64,000 nt of DNA from the NCBI GenBank assembly GCA_964536865.1, contig CAZHYN010000001.1:97824-161823 (forward strand). The letters are read 5' to 3'. The notes under the pieces were generated by a model. It did no database searches and was not told where the DNA came from. It was given only the letters and a program-made list of their open reading frames with translations. Source of the DNA: an uncultured Planctomycetia bacterium. GTDB lineage: Bacteria > Omnitrophota > Gorgyraeia > Duberdicusellales > 4484-171. Both the position numbers and the translations under genes were made by a program. Of the stretch, positions 37,211 through 46,493 are shown one piece after another; position 1 is the first letter of the stretch; every line of letters begins with the position of its first letter.

Positions 37211-39031
37211 TTGCTGGGGCACATGTGGGAAGATAAAGTTTTAAAAGTTGCTTTTTCTATTCATTCAAATCCTGGCATATATGCATTGTTGTTGGGTTCT
37301 GGAACATCAAGAGAAGCAGGTATTCCTACAGGATGGGAAATAGTAGGAGATTTAATTAAAAAACTTGCCTTTGTTCAGACCAAAGAGTCATTATCAGATC
37401 CCTATAAATGGTATGAAGAAAAATTTGGAGAGAAACCAGATTATTCAAAAATTTTAGAAAAGTTAGCAAGTACTCCTATAGAGAGGCAGTCGCTTTTAAG
37501 AAGATATTTTGAGCCTACAGAGGAAGAAAAAGAACAAAGAATTAAAATCCCTACAGATACTCATAGGAGTATAGCTAAATTAGTTAAATATGGATATGTG
37601 AAGGTTATTGTCACTACTAATTTTGATCGTTTATTAGAGAAAGCCTTAGGAGAAAAAGGAATAACACCAGTTGTTATCAGTACCGATGATGAATTAGAAG
37701 GAGCTATTCCTTATGTTCATTCCAATTGCACTTTGATAAAAGTTAATGGAGATTATTTAGATACACGTTTAAGAAATACGATGGGTGAATTGGAAACCTA
37801 TTCAGAGAAATTGACTTCATTGCTCGAAGAAATTTTTGAAAGATTTGGATTAATTGTGTGTGGATGGTCGGCGAAATGGGATATTGCTTTAAGAGATACC
37901 ATTTTAAGAATAAAAAATAGAAGATTCCCTATGTATTGGCTTTCTAAAGAAGAGGTTACAGAGGAAGCGAAAAGGGTTATTTCACATAGGCAGGCAGATG
38001 TTATAAATATCGAAAGTGCCGATAAGTTTTTTGTTGAACTTTTAGAGAAGATCGAATCTTTACGAGAGTTCGAAAGCCCACATCCTTTATCTTACAAAGA
38101 GGCTGCTATAACTGTTAAACGTTATTTGTCAGATGAAAAGAAAAATAGGATTAAGCTTTATGAGCTTATCGATGAAGAAACAGAAAAAGTATGGAAAATT
38201 TTAGCTTCAGAATATTTTAATATTCAAAAGTTAAAACTTGAACGTAGTTTGATTCAGAAAAGAATACATGAGTATGAAGAATTGGTAAAACCCCTTATGA
38301 ATATGCTAATGCCCATTGCTTATTTTAGCAAGGAAGAAGATAATATGCGCTTGATTTCCAGAGCAATAGAACGAATCGCGCAACCGCATCAGCGAGCTGG
38401 CGTTGTAGCATTGATACAATTTCAACATTACCCTGCTTTACTTTTGCTATATGCAGCTGGTCTTGTAAGTTTAGCTAATGAAAATTGGAAGGTTTTAAAA
38501 GCAGCTTTATTGGAACCACAATATCAAGCTGATAATGAGAAACAACCAATTTTAGAATATATCGAGCCATATTATATTTTAAGAAGATTAGGATTTAATA
38601 ATAATGCAAAAAATAGAATTCTATCTGAAAATGACTATTTATTTTTTCTATTATCTGATTTTGTTAACGAATATATACCTGACAAAAATAAATATGAAGA
38701 AATATTTGATATTTTTGAATTTTTAATGGCAGTAACTTATGTTTATCAAGTAGTTTTTGTCTATGGGAGTGAAGAAGATAAGAAAACATTTAAAGAATCT
38801 GAGTATTTACCTACTAAGTTGATTGTTGGACGATTTGCACGGAAATACTTTAGTTGGCATCCCTCTAGAGATTTTGAAAAGTCTCCAATTGCTAGATTTA
38901 TAAACGAGGGGATAAAACAAGGTAATGAATGGGGGTTATTGAAAGAAGGATTCTTCGGAGGCTTTATAGAAACGTTTAAATTGTGCTGTAAAAAATATAT
39001 AAACACCTTGAGAAAGGTAAGAATCTCTTAA
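37211..39031 (+). CDS. SIR2-like (SIR2_2) domain protein with ~350-aa C-terminal domain of unknown function
   Basis: N-terminal SIR2-family motifs (LLGSGTSREAGIPTGWEIV, VTTNFDRLLE, HSNCTLIKVNGDY). No recognisable C-terminal domain. Confidence 0.7.
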   Translation: MLGHMWEDKVLKVAFSIHSNPGIYALLLGSGTSREAGIPTGWEIVGDLIKKLAFVQTKESLSDPYKWYEEKFGEKPDYSKILEKLASTPIERQSLLRRYFEPTEEEKEQRIKIPTDTHRSIAKLVKYGYVKVIVTTNFDRLLEKALGEKGITPVVISTDDELEGAIPYVHSNCTLIKVNGDYLDTRLRNTMGELETYSEKLTSLLEEIFERFGLIVCGWSAKWDIALRDTILRIKNRRFPMYWLSKEEVTEEAKRVISHRQADVINIESADKFFVELLEKIESLREFESPHPLSYKEAAITVKRYLSDEKKNRIKLYELIDEETEKVWKILASEYFNIQKLKLERSLIQKRIHEYEELVKPLMNMLMPIAYFSKEEDNMRLISRAIERIAQPHQRAGVVALIQFQHYPALLLLYAAGLVSLANENWKVLKAALLEPQYQADNEKQPILEYIEPYYILRRLGFNNNAKNRILSENDYLFFLLSDFVNEYIPDKNKYEEIFDIFEFLMAVTYVYQVVFVYGSEEDKKTFKESEYLPTKLIVGRFARKYFSWHPSRDFEKSPIARFINEGIKQGNEWGLLKEGFFGGFIETFKLCCKKYINTLRKVRIS

Positions 39032-39034
39032 GTT

Positions 39035-40354
39035 ATGGGAGAAGAATTTAAACAAACAGAGATTGGTAAGATACCGAAGGAGTGGGAGGTGGTGAGGTTG
39101 GGGGAGGTGGTATCAGTATTGAGAAATGGGCTAACTACTAAGCAAAATAAAGAAAAGATAGGTTATCCAGTTACCAGAATTGAGACGATTTCGGACGAGA
39201 CAATTGATCAAAGTAAGTTTGGGTATCTAACAAGAGTAAGCGAAAAAGAAATCAAAGAGTATGGGTTGGTTAAAGACGACATATTGTTCAGCCACATAAA
39301 TAGCTTAGCGCACATAGGAAAGACAGCAATCTACAGAGGAATTCCTAGAACTCTGTTGCATGGGATGAATCTGTTACTCCTGCGACCAAATAAGCAGAAA
39401 GTTAATCCGGTGTTTTTCCTGATGCTATTAAGATTTCTCAGAATGAAGAAGATTTTTGCAAACATGTCTAAAAAAGCTGTAAATCAAGCCTCGATCAATC
39501 AAACAGAACTTAAGAAACTAAAACTACCCCTCCCTCCACTTCCAGAACAACAAAAAATCGCTGAGATTCTTTCAACTATGGATGAAGCTATTGAAAAAGT
39601 AGATTCTGCCATAGCAAGAACCGAACGGCTCAAAAAGGGCTTGATGCAGGAACTTCTGAATGGGAGTCTGAGAGTCGGAGAGTCAATGAGTCTAAGAGTC
39701 AGAGAGTTAGGAGAGTTTAAGGATACAGAAATCGGCAGGATACCGAAGGAGTGGGAGGTTGTGAGGTTAAAGGAAGTAGTAGATTTGCTTAGAAATGGTT
39801 TAGTTACAAAGCAAAACAAGGATGAAAAAGGTATACCTGTAACACGCATAGAAACGATTTCAGACGAGAGAATTGATACGCAAAAAATTGGCTATATTGA
39901 GAAAATATCAGAAGAGGAAATTTCAGAGTACAAACTTCAAAAAGGAGATATACTTTTCAGCCATATCAATAGTCTTGCACATATAGGAAAAACAGCAATA
40001 TATGATGGCGAACCTTCCTTATTGCTACACGGAATGAACCTGCTCCTTTTGAGACCACAGAGAACAACCATTGAGCCTTTTTACCTTTTATATTTATTAA
40101 AGTATTACAGAGCCAAGGCAATTTTCAGACACATGTCGAAAAAGGCAGTTAATCAAGCATCGATTAACCAGACAGAATTAGGTAGGCTTAGAATTCCATT
40201 TCCCCCTCTCCCAGAACAACAAAAAATTGCTGAAATCCTGTCAACTGTTGATAAAAGGCTGGAGCTATTGAGAGAGAAAAAAGAAAAATTGGAAAGAATA
40301 AAGAAAGGATTAATGAATGACCTGCTAACAGGGAAAAAGAGAGTAGTGTTATGA
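39035..40354 (+). CDS. hsdS: type I RM specificity subunit with two target-recognition domains
   Basis: Internally duplicated halves (EFKQTEIGKIPKEWEVVRLGEV vs EFKDTEIGRIPKEWEVVRLKEV). Conserved repeats LPPLPEQQKIAEILST present twice. Confidence 0.85.
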   Translation: MGEEFKQTEIGKIPKEWEVVRLGEVVSVLRNGLTTKQNKEKIGYPVTRIETISDETIDQSKFGYLTRVSEKEIKEYGLVKDDILFSHINSLAHIGKTAIYRGIPRTLLHGMNLLLLRPNKQKVNPVFFLMLLRFLRMKKIFANMSKKAVNQASINQTELKKLKLPLPPLPEQQKIAEILSTMDEAIEKVDSAIARTERLKKGLMQELLNGSLRVGESMSLRVRELGEFKDTEIGRIPKEWEVVRLKEVVDLLRNGLVTKQNKDEKGIPVTRIETISDERIDTQKIGYIEKISEEEISEYKLQKGDILFSHINSLAHIGKTAIYDGEPSLLLHGMNLLLLRPQRTTIEPFYLLYLLKYYRAKAIFRHMSKKAVNQASINQTELGRLRIPFPPLPEQQKIAEILSTVDKRLELLREKKEKLERIKKGLMNDLLTGKKRVVL

Positions 40355-40733
40355 GTAGACGGCATACAGTAAACAGTAGACAGGGAAAGGCAGAGAGATT
40401 TGAGCAGTTAGAAGTATGGAAAAAGGCACATGAGTTGGTTCTTAAAATAACAAAATTACAAAAGATTTTCCTTCAGAGGAAAAATTTGGATTAGTTTCAC
40501 AAATGCGACGTGCTGCTGTATCAATCCCTGCTAATATCGCTGAGGGATTTAAAAAGTATGGCTTAAAAGATAAGAGGAACTTTTATAACATAGCACAAGG
40601 CTCTCTTGAGGAATTAAGATACTATTTAATTTTATCAAAGGAACTTGGATATTGTGAAAATACAGATGAATTTTATAAAGCAATAGATACAATTGGGAAA
40701 ATGTTATATGGCCTTATTAAAAGTATACAGTAG
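40351..40733 (+). pseudogene. four-helix-bundle (23S rRNA IVS family) protein gene, frameshifted
   Basis: ATG overlaps the hsdS stop (ATGA). Frame A encodes MSRR...FEQLEVWKKAHELVLKITK. Frame C continues ITKDFPSEEKFGLVSQMRRAAVSIPANIAEG... Shift occurs in the A-rich tract near 40465. Confidence 0.55.
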
Positions 40734-40835
40734 GCAGTCTACAGCAAACAGGGAATTCGTTGTCAAACAATCTCCCTGCAGTCTACTGTCTACCGTCTAC
40801 TGTCTACTGTTTACAAACTCAAAGGAGCACCAAAG

Positions 40836-43800
40836 ATGGCCTTTGATGAAAAACGCCTTGTAGAAGACTATATTATTAAACAACTTGAAGAGAAAGGATG
40901 GAGGTTTGTCCCTGCTAATGCCCTTGAAAGGGACAGCTATGAAGAACCTTTACTTATTCCAAATCTCAGAAGGGCGTTGGAAAGGATAAATAAAGAATCT
41001 GGTATTGGGGATGAGGAAATAAACAAGGCTTTAAATGAACTTAAACTTACCGGTACAGGTATAGAGGGAGCTAAACGCATTCTTAACTTCTATAAGTTTG
41101 GTATTCCAGTGAAGTTTGAGAAAGAGAAAGTGGTAAAGTATATCCAGCTTTTTGATTTTCAAGACATTGAAAACAACGAATTCATAGTTTCAAGGCAGGT
41201 TTATTTTTATGGTAGGGAAGCCATAAGAACGGACATTATACTCTATGTAAACGGTATTCCTCTGGTAAATATCGAGTGTAAAAACCCGACAAGTTTGACT
41301 GAAAGCTGGCATACCGCTTACAGGCAGATTAAGGATTATGAAAGGCTTGTACCCGAGCTTTATAAATATATTCAGATAGGAATAGGAGCTGAGAGTATTG
41401 CAAGATATTTCCCCATCGTTCCTTGGCAAGATGAACCTGTGATACACGAATGGCGTGATGAAAAGAAGGATTCAATTGACTCTACGGTTGAGATGCTATC
41501 AAGAAATATCTTGCTTGATATTATTAAAAACTACCTCTTTTATAGAGAATGGAGAGGGGAAGCAACTAAGGTCATAACCAGATATATGCAGTATAGAGCT
41601 GCTAATAAGATGGTAGATAGGGTCATCAAAAATCTCAAAGGGGAGGAGAAGAAAAATAAAGGCCTTGTATGGCATTGGCAGGGAAGCGGAAAGACTCTTA
41701 CCATGCTCTTTGCTGCCAACAAACTTTATTACGCAAAGGAACTCGAGAATCCCACGATATTTTTTATTGTCGATAGGATTGAGCTCGAAGACCAGCTTTA
41801 CAAGGAATTCTATTCTTTAGATATTGTCAAACCGGAGATTATAGGTTCAGTGGATGAACTCAAGGGAATTCTTCAATTTGATGATTATCGGGGTAAGCGA
41901 GGAGTATTTATAACACTCATTCATAAATTCAGGCCTGAGGAACTTAAAGAACTTTATAAAGAACTCGATGAAGTCACAAGATATAAGGAAACAATTATGA
42001 ACAGAAAAAATGTTATAGCCTTCATTGATGAGGGTCATAGAACCCAATATGGGCTGTTGGCTGCTCAAATGAAGAGTATTCTTAAAAGTGCTTTTTTCTT
42101 TGCCCTTACTGGAACACCTATATCAAAAAAGGGTAGAGATACCTACCTGGAATTTAGCTATCCACCAGACGAGGTTTATCTTGATAGGTATTTCATAACA
42201 GATTCCATAAGAGATGGCTTTACAGTAAAGATTGCCTATCAGCCAAGGCTTGAGAAAGAAGTCCATCTGAGGAAAGATTTACTTAAAGCATTTTTAGAGG
42301 CAGAAGAGGAAGAACTGCCTGAGGAGATAAGAGATGATATAAAAGGCAGAATTAAAAAGAGGTTGAATGCTATAAAGGTAGTGCTTGAAAATCCACAGCG
42401 TATAAAGGTAATAGCAGAGGATATAGCAAAACATTTTAAGGAGCATATTGACGGGAAGTTTAAAGCCATGGTGGTAGCAGGTAGTAGAAAGGCCTGCCAT
42501 ATCTATAAACAAGAACTTGATAGACACCTGCCACCAGAATATTCAGAGATAGTGATGACATATAGAAGAGACGATGAACAGCCCCTTGTGAAGAGGATTG
42601 CAGAGACACGAGAAAGATATGGAAATAGAGATATATCTGATATAAGAAAGGATATAGTAGAGAAGTTTAAAGAAGAAGCATTCCCTAAAATACTTATTGT
42701 CACTGATATGCTTCTTACAGGATTTGATGCTCCTATTTTGCAAGTTATGTATCTTGATAAACTACTTAAAGAACATAGACTTCTCCAAGCAGTGGCGAGG
42801 ACGAATAGACCATATAAAGATTTAAAAGAAGGAGGCCTTATAATTGATTATGTAGGAATACTCAAGGAATTTAGGAAAGCCCTTGAGATGTATAATGAAG
42901 AGGATATTAGACTGGCACTTACAAGCTTCGACGGGATCAGGGAAGAATTTGCCTTACTCCTCAGAGAGATTCTTGAAATACTTAAAGAAGTATCCAGAAA
43001 TTATGAGAGGGAAGTACTCCTTAAAGCTTGTGAAATACTCACCACTGAGAAGACAAAAGAAAAGGAATTCATTGAGAAATATAAAAGTTTAAGAAAGGCC
43101 TTTGAGCTCCTTGGTCCTGACGAAATTAAACTTGAATATTTCGAAGATTATAAATGGATTTCAGCGATTTATACATACTACATGAGAACAGTACTACAGA
43201 AACCACCTGTTGAAGAATATGTAGAGAGGTATTACGAGAAAACTGTAAGATTCATACATAAGGCTACAGAGATAAAAAAGTTGGAAACAGACCTGCCAAT
43301 AGTAGCTTTTGACGAAGGATACCTTAAGGCGCTTGAGGAGAGGGTTAAAAGCAGGAAGGAGAAAGCTGCTAACATTCTTTTTACACTAAATAGATTAGTT
43401 CTCGTTGAAAGACACAGAAACCCTATTTATGAGTCTCTCGTAGAAAAAGTTGAAAGACTGCTTGAGCTCTGGAAGGAGAAAACAAAGGATTATGAAAGGA
43501 TATACAGAGAAGGTGTAATAGCAATCAATGAAATAAAGTCTCTTTCTGAAAGACAAAAATCATTGGGCTTTTCTGACCTTGAATATTCGCTACTGCTTGC
43601 TCTTGAAGAAAAATTTGGTAAAGAGGAAGAATTGGTAAGTGAGGTAAGAGATATATCAGAAAGGCTTAAAAACTATATGTTTCCTGGTTGGTTTAATCAG
43701 CCTACCGTAGAAAAAAATGTAGAAAGAGAAGTAAGGAGATTTGTTAGGGGATTTAAGGGAAAGTATAGCATGACTTTGGAAGAAATGGACCAACTTTATA

Positions 43801-43841
43801 AGAAACTTATTGAAAGAGTAAAGAACTATGGGACTTCATAA
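40836..43841 (+). CDS. hsdR: type I RM restriction subunit (helicase/endonuclease)
   Basis: 1001 aa. N-terminal PD-(D/E)XK region, SF2 helicase motifs (HWQGSGKT, FIDEGHRTQYG, TGTP). Confidence 0.9.
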   Translation: MAFDEKRLVEDYIIKQLEEKGWRFVPANALERDSYEEPLLIPNLRRALERINKESGIGDEEINKALNELKLTGTGIEGAKRILNFYKFGIPVKFEKEKVVKYIQLFDFQDIENNEFIVSRQVYFYGREAIRTDIILYVNGIPLVNIECKNPTSLTESWHTAYRQIKDYERLVPELYKYIQIGIGAESIARYFPIVPWQDEPVIHEWRDEKKDSIDSTVEMLSRNILLDIIKNYLFYREWRGEATKVITRYMQYRAANKMVDRVIKNLKGEEKKNKGLVWHWQGSGKTLTMLFAANKLYYAKELENPTIFFIVDRIELEDQLYKEFYSLDIVKPEIIGSVDELKGILQFDDYRGKRGVFITLIHKFRPEELKELYKELDEVTRYKETIMNRKNVIAFIDEGHRTQYGLLAAQMKSILKSAFFFALTGTPISKKGRDTYLEFSYPPDEVYLDRYFITDSIRDGFTVKIAYQPRLEKEVHLRKDLLKAFLEAEEEELPEEIRDDIKGRIKKRLNAIKVVLENPQRIKVIAEDIAKHFKEHIDGKFKAMVVAGSRKACHIYKQELDRHLPPEYSEIVMTYRRDDEQPLVKRIAETRERYGNRDISDIRKDIVEKFKEEAFPKILIVTDMLLTGFDAPILQVMYLDKLLKEHRLLQAVARTNRPYKDLKEGGLIIDYVGILKEFRKALEMYNEEDIRLALTSFDGIREEFALLLREILEILKEVSRNYEREVLLKACEILTTEKTKEKEFIEKYKSLRKAFELLGPDEIKLEYFEDYKWISAIYTYYMRTVLQKPPVEEYVERYYEKTVRFIHKATEIKKLETDLPIVAFDEGYLKALEERVKSRKEKAANILFTLNRLVLVERHRNPIYESLVEKVERLLELWKEKTKDYERIYREGVIAINEIKSLSERQKSLGFSDLEYSLLLALEEKFGKEEELVSEVRDISERLKNYMFPGWFNQPTVEKNVEREVRRFVRGFKGKYSMTLEEMDQLYKKLIERVKNYGTS

Positions 43842-44376
43842 TATCCCATATATAGTTTCCTATAGAGCTGTGAAGTATCCAAGATTAGAGTTTAAAACAG
43901 GAAAGCTTCTTATTGTTCTTCCTTTTGGAGCTAAGCCTGATATTCTTTTGGATAAGCATAAACATTGGATTATTAAGAAATCTGAATTTATAAAAAGATG
44001 CTTACAAAGTGCAAAGAATAAAAAATTAATCACAAGATCCGATGAAAAATTTAGGAAACTTATCGATTATTTTGTGAGAAAAACATCTAAAGATTTAAAT
44101 GTTAAATTGAATCGCATCTATTTTAGAAAAATGAAGACAAAATGGGCATCCTTGAGTTCTGCGAAAAATCTAACAATTAACTCACTTGTGAAACATTTGC
44201 CAGAGTATTTGATAAGATATGTGATTTTCCATGAACTGGTTCATATCATAGAGAAAAGACATAATGAGAAATTCTGGGAGATAGTCTCACACAGGTTTAA
44301 AAATTATCGAAAAATGGAAAGAGAAATGTTCATATATTGGTTTCTGGTTTCTAAAAAAGGAGGAGATCATGGCTGA
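43828..44376 (+). CDS. DUF45/YgjP-like zinc metallopeptidase (M48-like, WLM fold)
   Basis: HExxH...E motif (VIFHELVHIIEKRHNEKFWE). Gene family commonly found downstream of hsdR. Confidence 0.65.
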   Translation: MGLHNIPYIVSYRAVKYPRLEFKTGKLLIVLPFGAKPDILLDKHKHWIIKKSEFIKRCLQSAKNKKLITRSDEKFRKLIDYFVRKTSKDLNVKLNRIYFRKMKTKWASLSSAKNLTINSLVKHLPEYLIRYVIFHELVHIIEKRHNEKFWEIVSHRFKNYRKMEREMFIYWFLVSKKGGDHG

Positions 44377-44659
44377 ATTCACAGTTAGTGAAGTAATTGA
44401 TGGTGATACTTTTAAAGTTAAGGAAGGTTGGAAATGGAATGAAAGGAAGGGCGATACTGTTCGTCCTACAGGTTATGATGCTCCTGAGAAAGGAGAGCCG
44501 GGATATGAAGAAGCAAAAGAGAAACTTAGAAGGCTAATTTTGAATGAAAAAGTAAAAATTGAAAATCCTCAAACCATAGATGACTGGGGCAGATTAGTGG
44601 CAGATGTTTATTATAAAGGGAAAAATCTTGCTGACTACTTTCCTGAATATAAAGTTTGA
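44369..44659 (+). CDS. thermonuclease (SNase-like) small nuclease
   Basis: VIDGDTFKV...TVRPTGYDAPEKGE matches the staphylococcal-nuclease fold signature. Confidence 0.6.
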   Translation: MAEFTVSEVIDGDTFKVKEGWKWNERKGDTVRPTGYDAPEKGEPGYEEAKEKLRRLILNEKVKIENPQTIDDWGRLVADVYYKGKNLADYFPEYKV

Positions 44660-44926
44660 TAAGTTTTCTTTTCGTCCTGAGTTTTCTTGAGATACAGGCG
44701 GTGAGGATACGTCTTTTAAATATTTTGTTATACCCTTAAAATCTTTAAAATATTGGAATATTTAATCACTTCCCATTTTCTCCCCCCACACCTCCTCAAA
44801 CTCTCCTGAACCACGTAGGGTCTTAAGGGGATGCCCTATGTTCTTTTTTATCCACTTCCTCATTTTTCCTCATCCCAATACAAGCCTTCCTGACCGACAC
44901 CCTTCTCAAAATTTGACATTTTTCTC

Positions 44927-45543
44927 ATTCTCAAATTCTTAAGAATATTAGAATAATTTCTGCCTCCACATTGGAATAGTTTCTGTCTCCATTTTATTTT
45001 TAGTCTTTCCCTTTACCATTCTCAAATTCTTAAGAACGTTGGAATAATCCCCAATCTTCATACCTACTTTCTCATTCTCAAATTCTTAAGAATATTGGAA
45101 TATTTTAATGAATGTGATATAATTTAAGAAGATGAAAAGCTCGCAAAAGAAGAATAAAAATTATCGTAAGTTAGAAAGGATTGTTAAAGGATTTGCAAAT
45201 CATCGCAGAATTCAAATCTTAGAGCTTTTAGAGAAAAATCCAGAGTTGTCAGTTATTGAAATTACTCAAGAATTGAATATGAATTTTAAGACTGCTTCTG
45301 AACACATAAGAAGGCTTGCTATCTCAGGTTTAATTATGAAAAGGTCTGATGGCAAAAGTATTCGTCACAAGCTTACAGAGAGAGGTCTAAAAGTTCTCAA
45401 ATTCTTAAGAACATTGGAATAGAAACCTTCAATTTTTTATATCCTTTTCTTTATTCTCAAATTCTTAAGAATATTAGAATAGCTCCTCTAATTTACTTTT
45501 TCAGTTTTCTTATCATTCTCAAATTCTTAAGAACATTGGAATG
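44927..45543. repeat. six dispersed copies of a ~29-bp iteron-like repeat with CTTAAG-centred palindrome
   Basis: ATTCTCAAATTCTTAAGAA(T/C)(A/G)TT(G/A)GAATA at 44927, 45018, 45074, 45394 (overlaps the wHTH stop), 45453 and 45515. Irregular spacing 91/56/320/59/62. Partial half-site near 44752. Confidence 0.8.
45132..45422 (+). CDS. small winged-helix (ArsR/MarR-like) DNA-binding protein flanked by the iterons
   Basis: 96 aa with HTH (RIQILELLEKNPELSVIEITQELNMNFKTASEHIRRL). Last codons are encoded by repeat copy 4. Confidence 0.6.
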   Translation: MKSSQKKNKNYRKLERIVKGFANHRRIQILELLEKNPELSVIEITQELNMNFKTASEHIRRLAISGLIMKRSDGKSIRHKLTERGLKVLKFLRTLE

Positions 45544-45666
45544 ATAAAGATATCTTACTTTTGCTCTCCACACACCCTGCCACCGATTTGTCTATATCTT
45601 TTAAAACTTTATAAATATTTACACTACATTTTTAACTTTATGGTATAATGTAGTGTAAGGAGGGTT

Positions 45667-45975
45667 TTGATGAAAGTATTAAGAAATATTTTAGAAGAAA
45701 GTAAAGAGTATTACCTTAAAGTTAAAAAGAAGATAGAGAGAAAAATTAAAAATTTACCTAAGGGTAGCGTTAAAGAAAGAAGGATTTGTGGTAAAAAGTA
45801 CTATTATCTTCAATATCGAGAAGGTAAAAAAGTAATTCATAAATATTTAGGTAAAAATAAACCCGAAAACCTCATAAGACAGATTAAGGAAAGGAAGGTA
45901 TTATTAAATGAGATGAAGAAAGTAAACGAGGCTATTGAGTTAATTAACAGGACAGAGAAGAGAAAAAGGAGATGA
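45667..45975 (+). CDS. hypothetical basic protein, first gene of a two-gene cassette
   Basis: 102 aa. Promoter TATAAT at 45644 is flanked by a perfect 11-bp inverted repeat TTACACTACAT/ATGTAGTGTAA. Confidence 0.3.
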   Translation: MMKVLRNILEESKEYYLKVKKKIERKIKNLPKGSVKERRICGKKYYYLQYREGKKVIHKYLGKNKPENLIRQIKERKVLLNEMKKVNEAIELINRTEKRKRR

Positions 45976-46322
45976 TTGAATCGGTTAGAAAGATTTTAAA
46001 GACATTCTATGAAAATAACCTTTTTGAAGAAGGAGTAGAACTTATAGGAAGCTGGTGCTTTCAATTTTATGTAAAGCATTTAGGTGCCAAGCCTTTTCCT
46101 CTAAGAACTCAGGATATTGATTTTTTAATTCCTTACCCTTTTAAAGGGGAAGACCATAAAGATTTAATAGAGCAATTAGAGAAATTAGGTTTTAAGAAAG
46201 ATTTTACTATAGAAGGACATTTATTTTTATGGAACCAAGATTTAAAAATAGAATTTTTGGTTTCCCAGAAGAATAAAGAATTAAAAGACTTCAGCAAGCA
46301 ATATGCACATTTTCTATTGTAG
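45972..46322 (+). CDS. putative nucleotidyltransferase-like protein (GS...DxD)
   Basis: GSWCFQFYVKHLGAKPFPLRTQDIDFLIP weakly resembles Pol-beta-fold nucleotidyltransferase/Abi toxin motifs. Overlaps the upstream gene by 4 nt. Confidence 0.3.
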   Translation: MIESVRKILKTFYENNLFEEGVELIGSWCFQFYVKHLGAKPFPLRTQDIDFLIPYPFKGEDHKDLIEQLEKLGFKKDFTIEGHLFLWNQDLKIEFLVSQKNKELKDFSKQYAHFLL

Positions 46323-46493
46323 AGAAAAAATATTTACAGAAATTATTGAATTCTTTACCCAAAAGATGGAGAAGAGCAATTTTTAATCTACTTAAGAAAG
46401 CTAAAGAAGAATTTCCTTTATATAAAGAAGATATAGAGAGTTTTCTTCTTACACTACAAGATATTAAAATTAAGAAATTGTAGTGTAATTAGG

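Noticed and set aside
44927-45543. Possible CRISPR array (six ~29-bp direct repeats)
   Set aside because: Spacing is irregular (56-320 bp). One repeat overlaps a protein-coding stop. There are no cas genes and the spacers are not of uniform length. Better explained as iterons/operators of the embedded wHTH gene.
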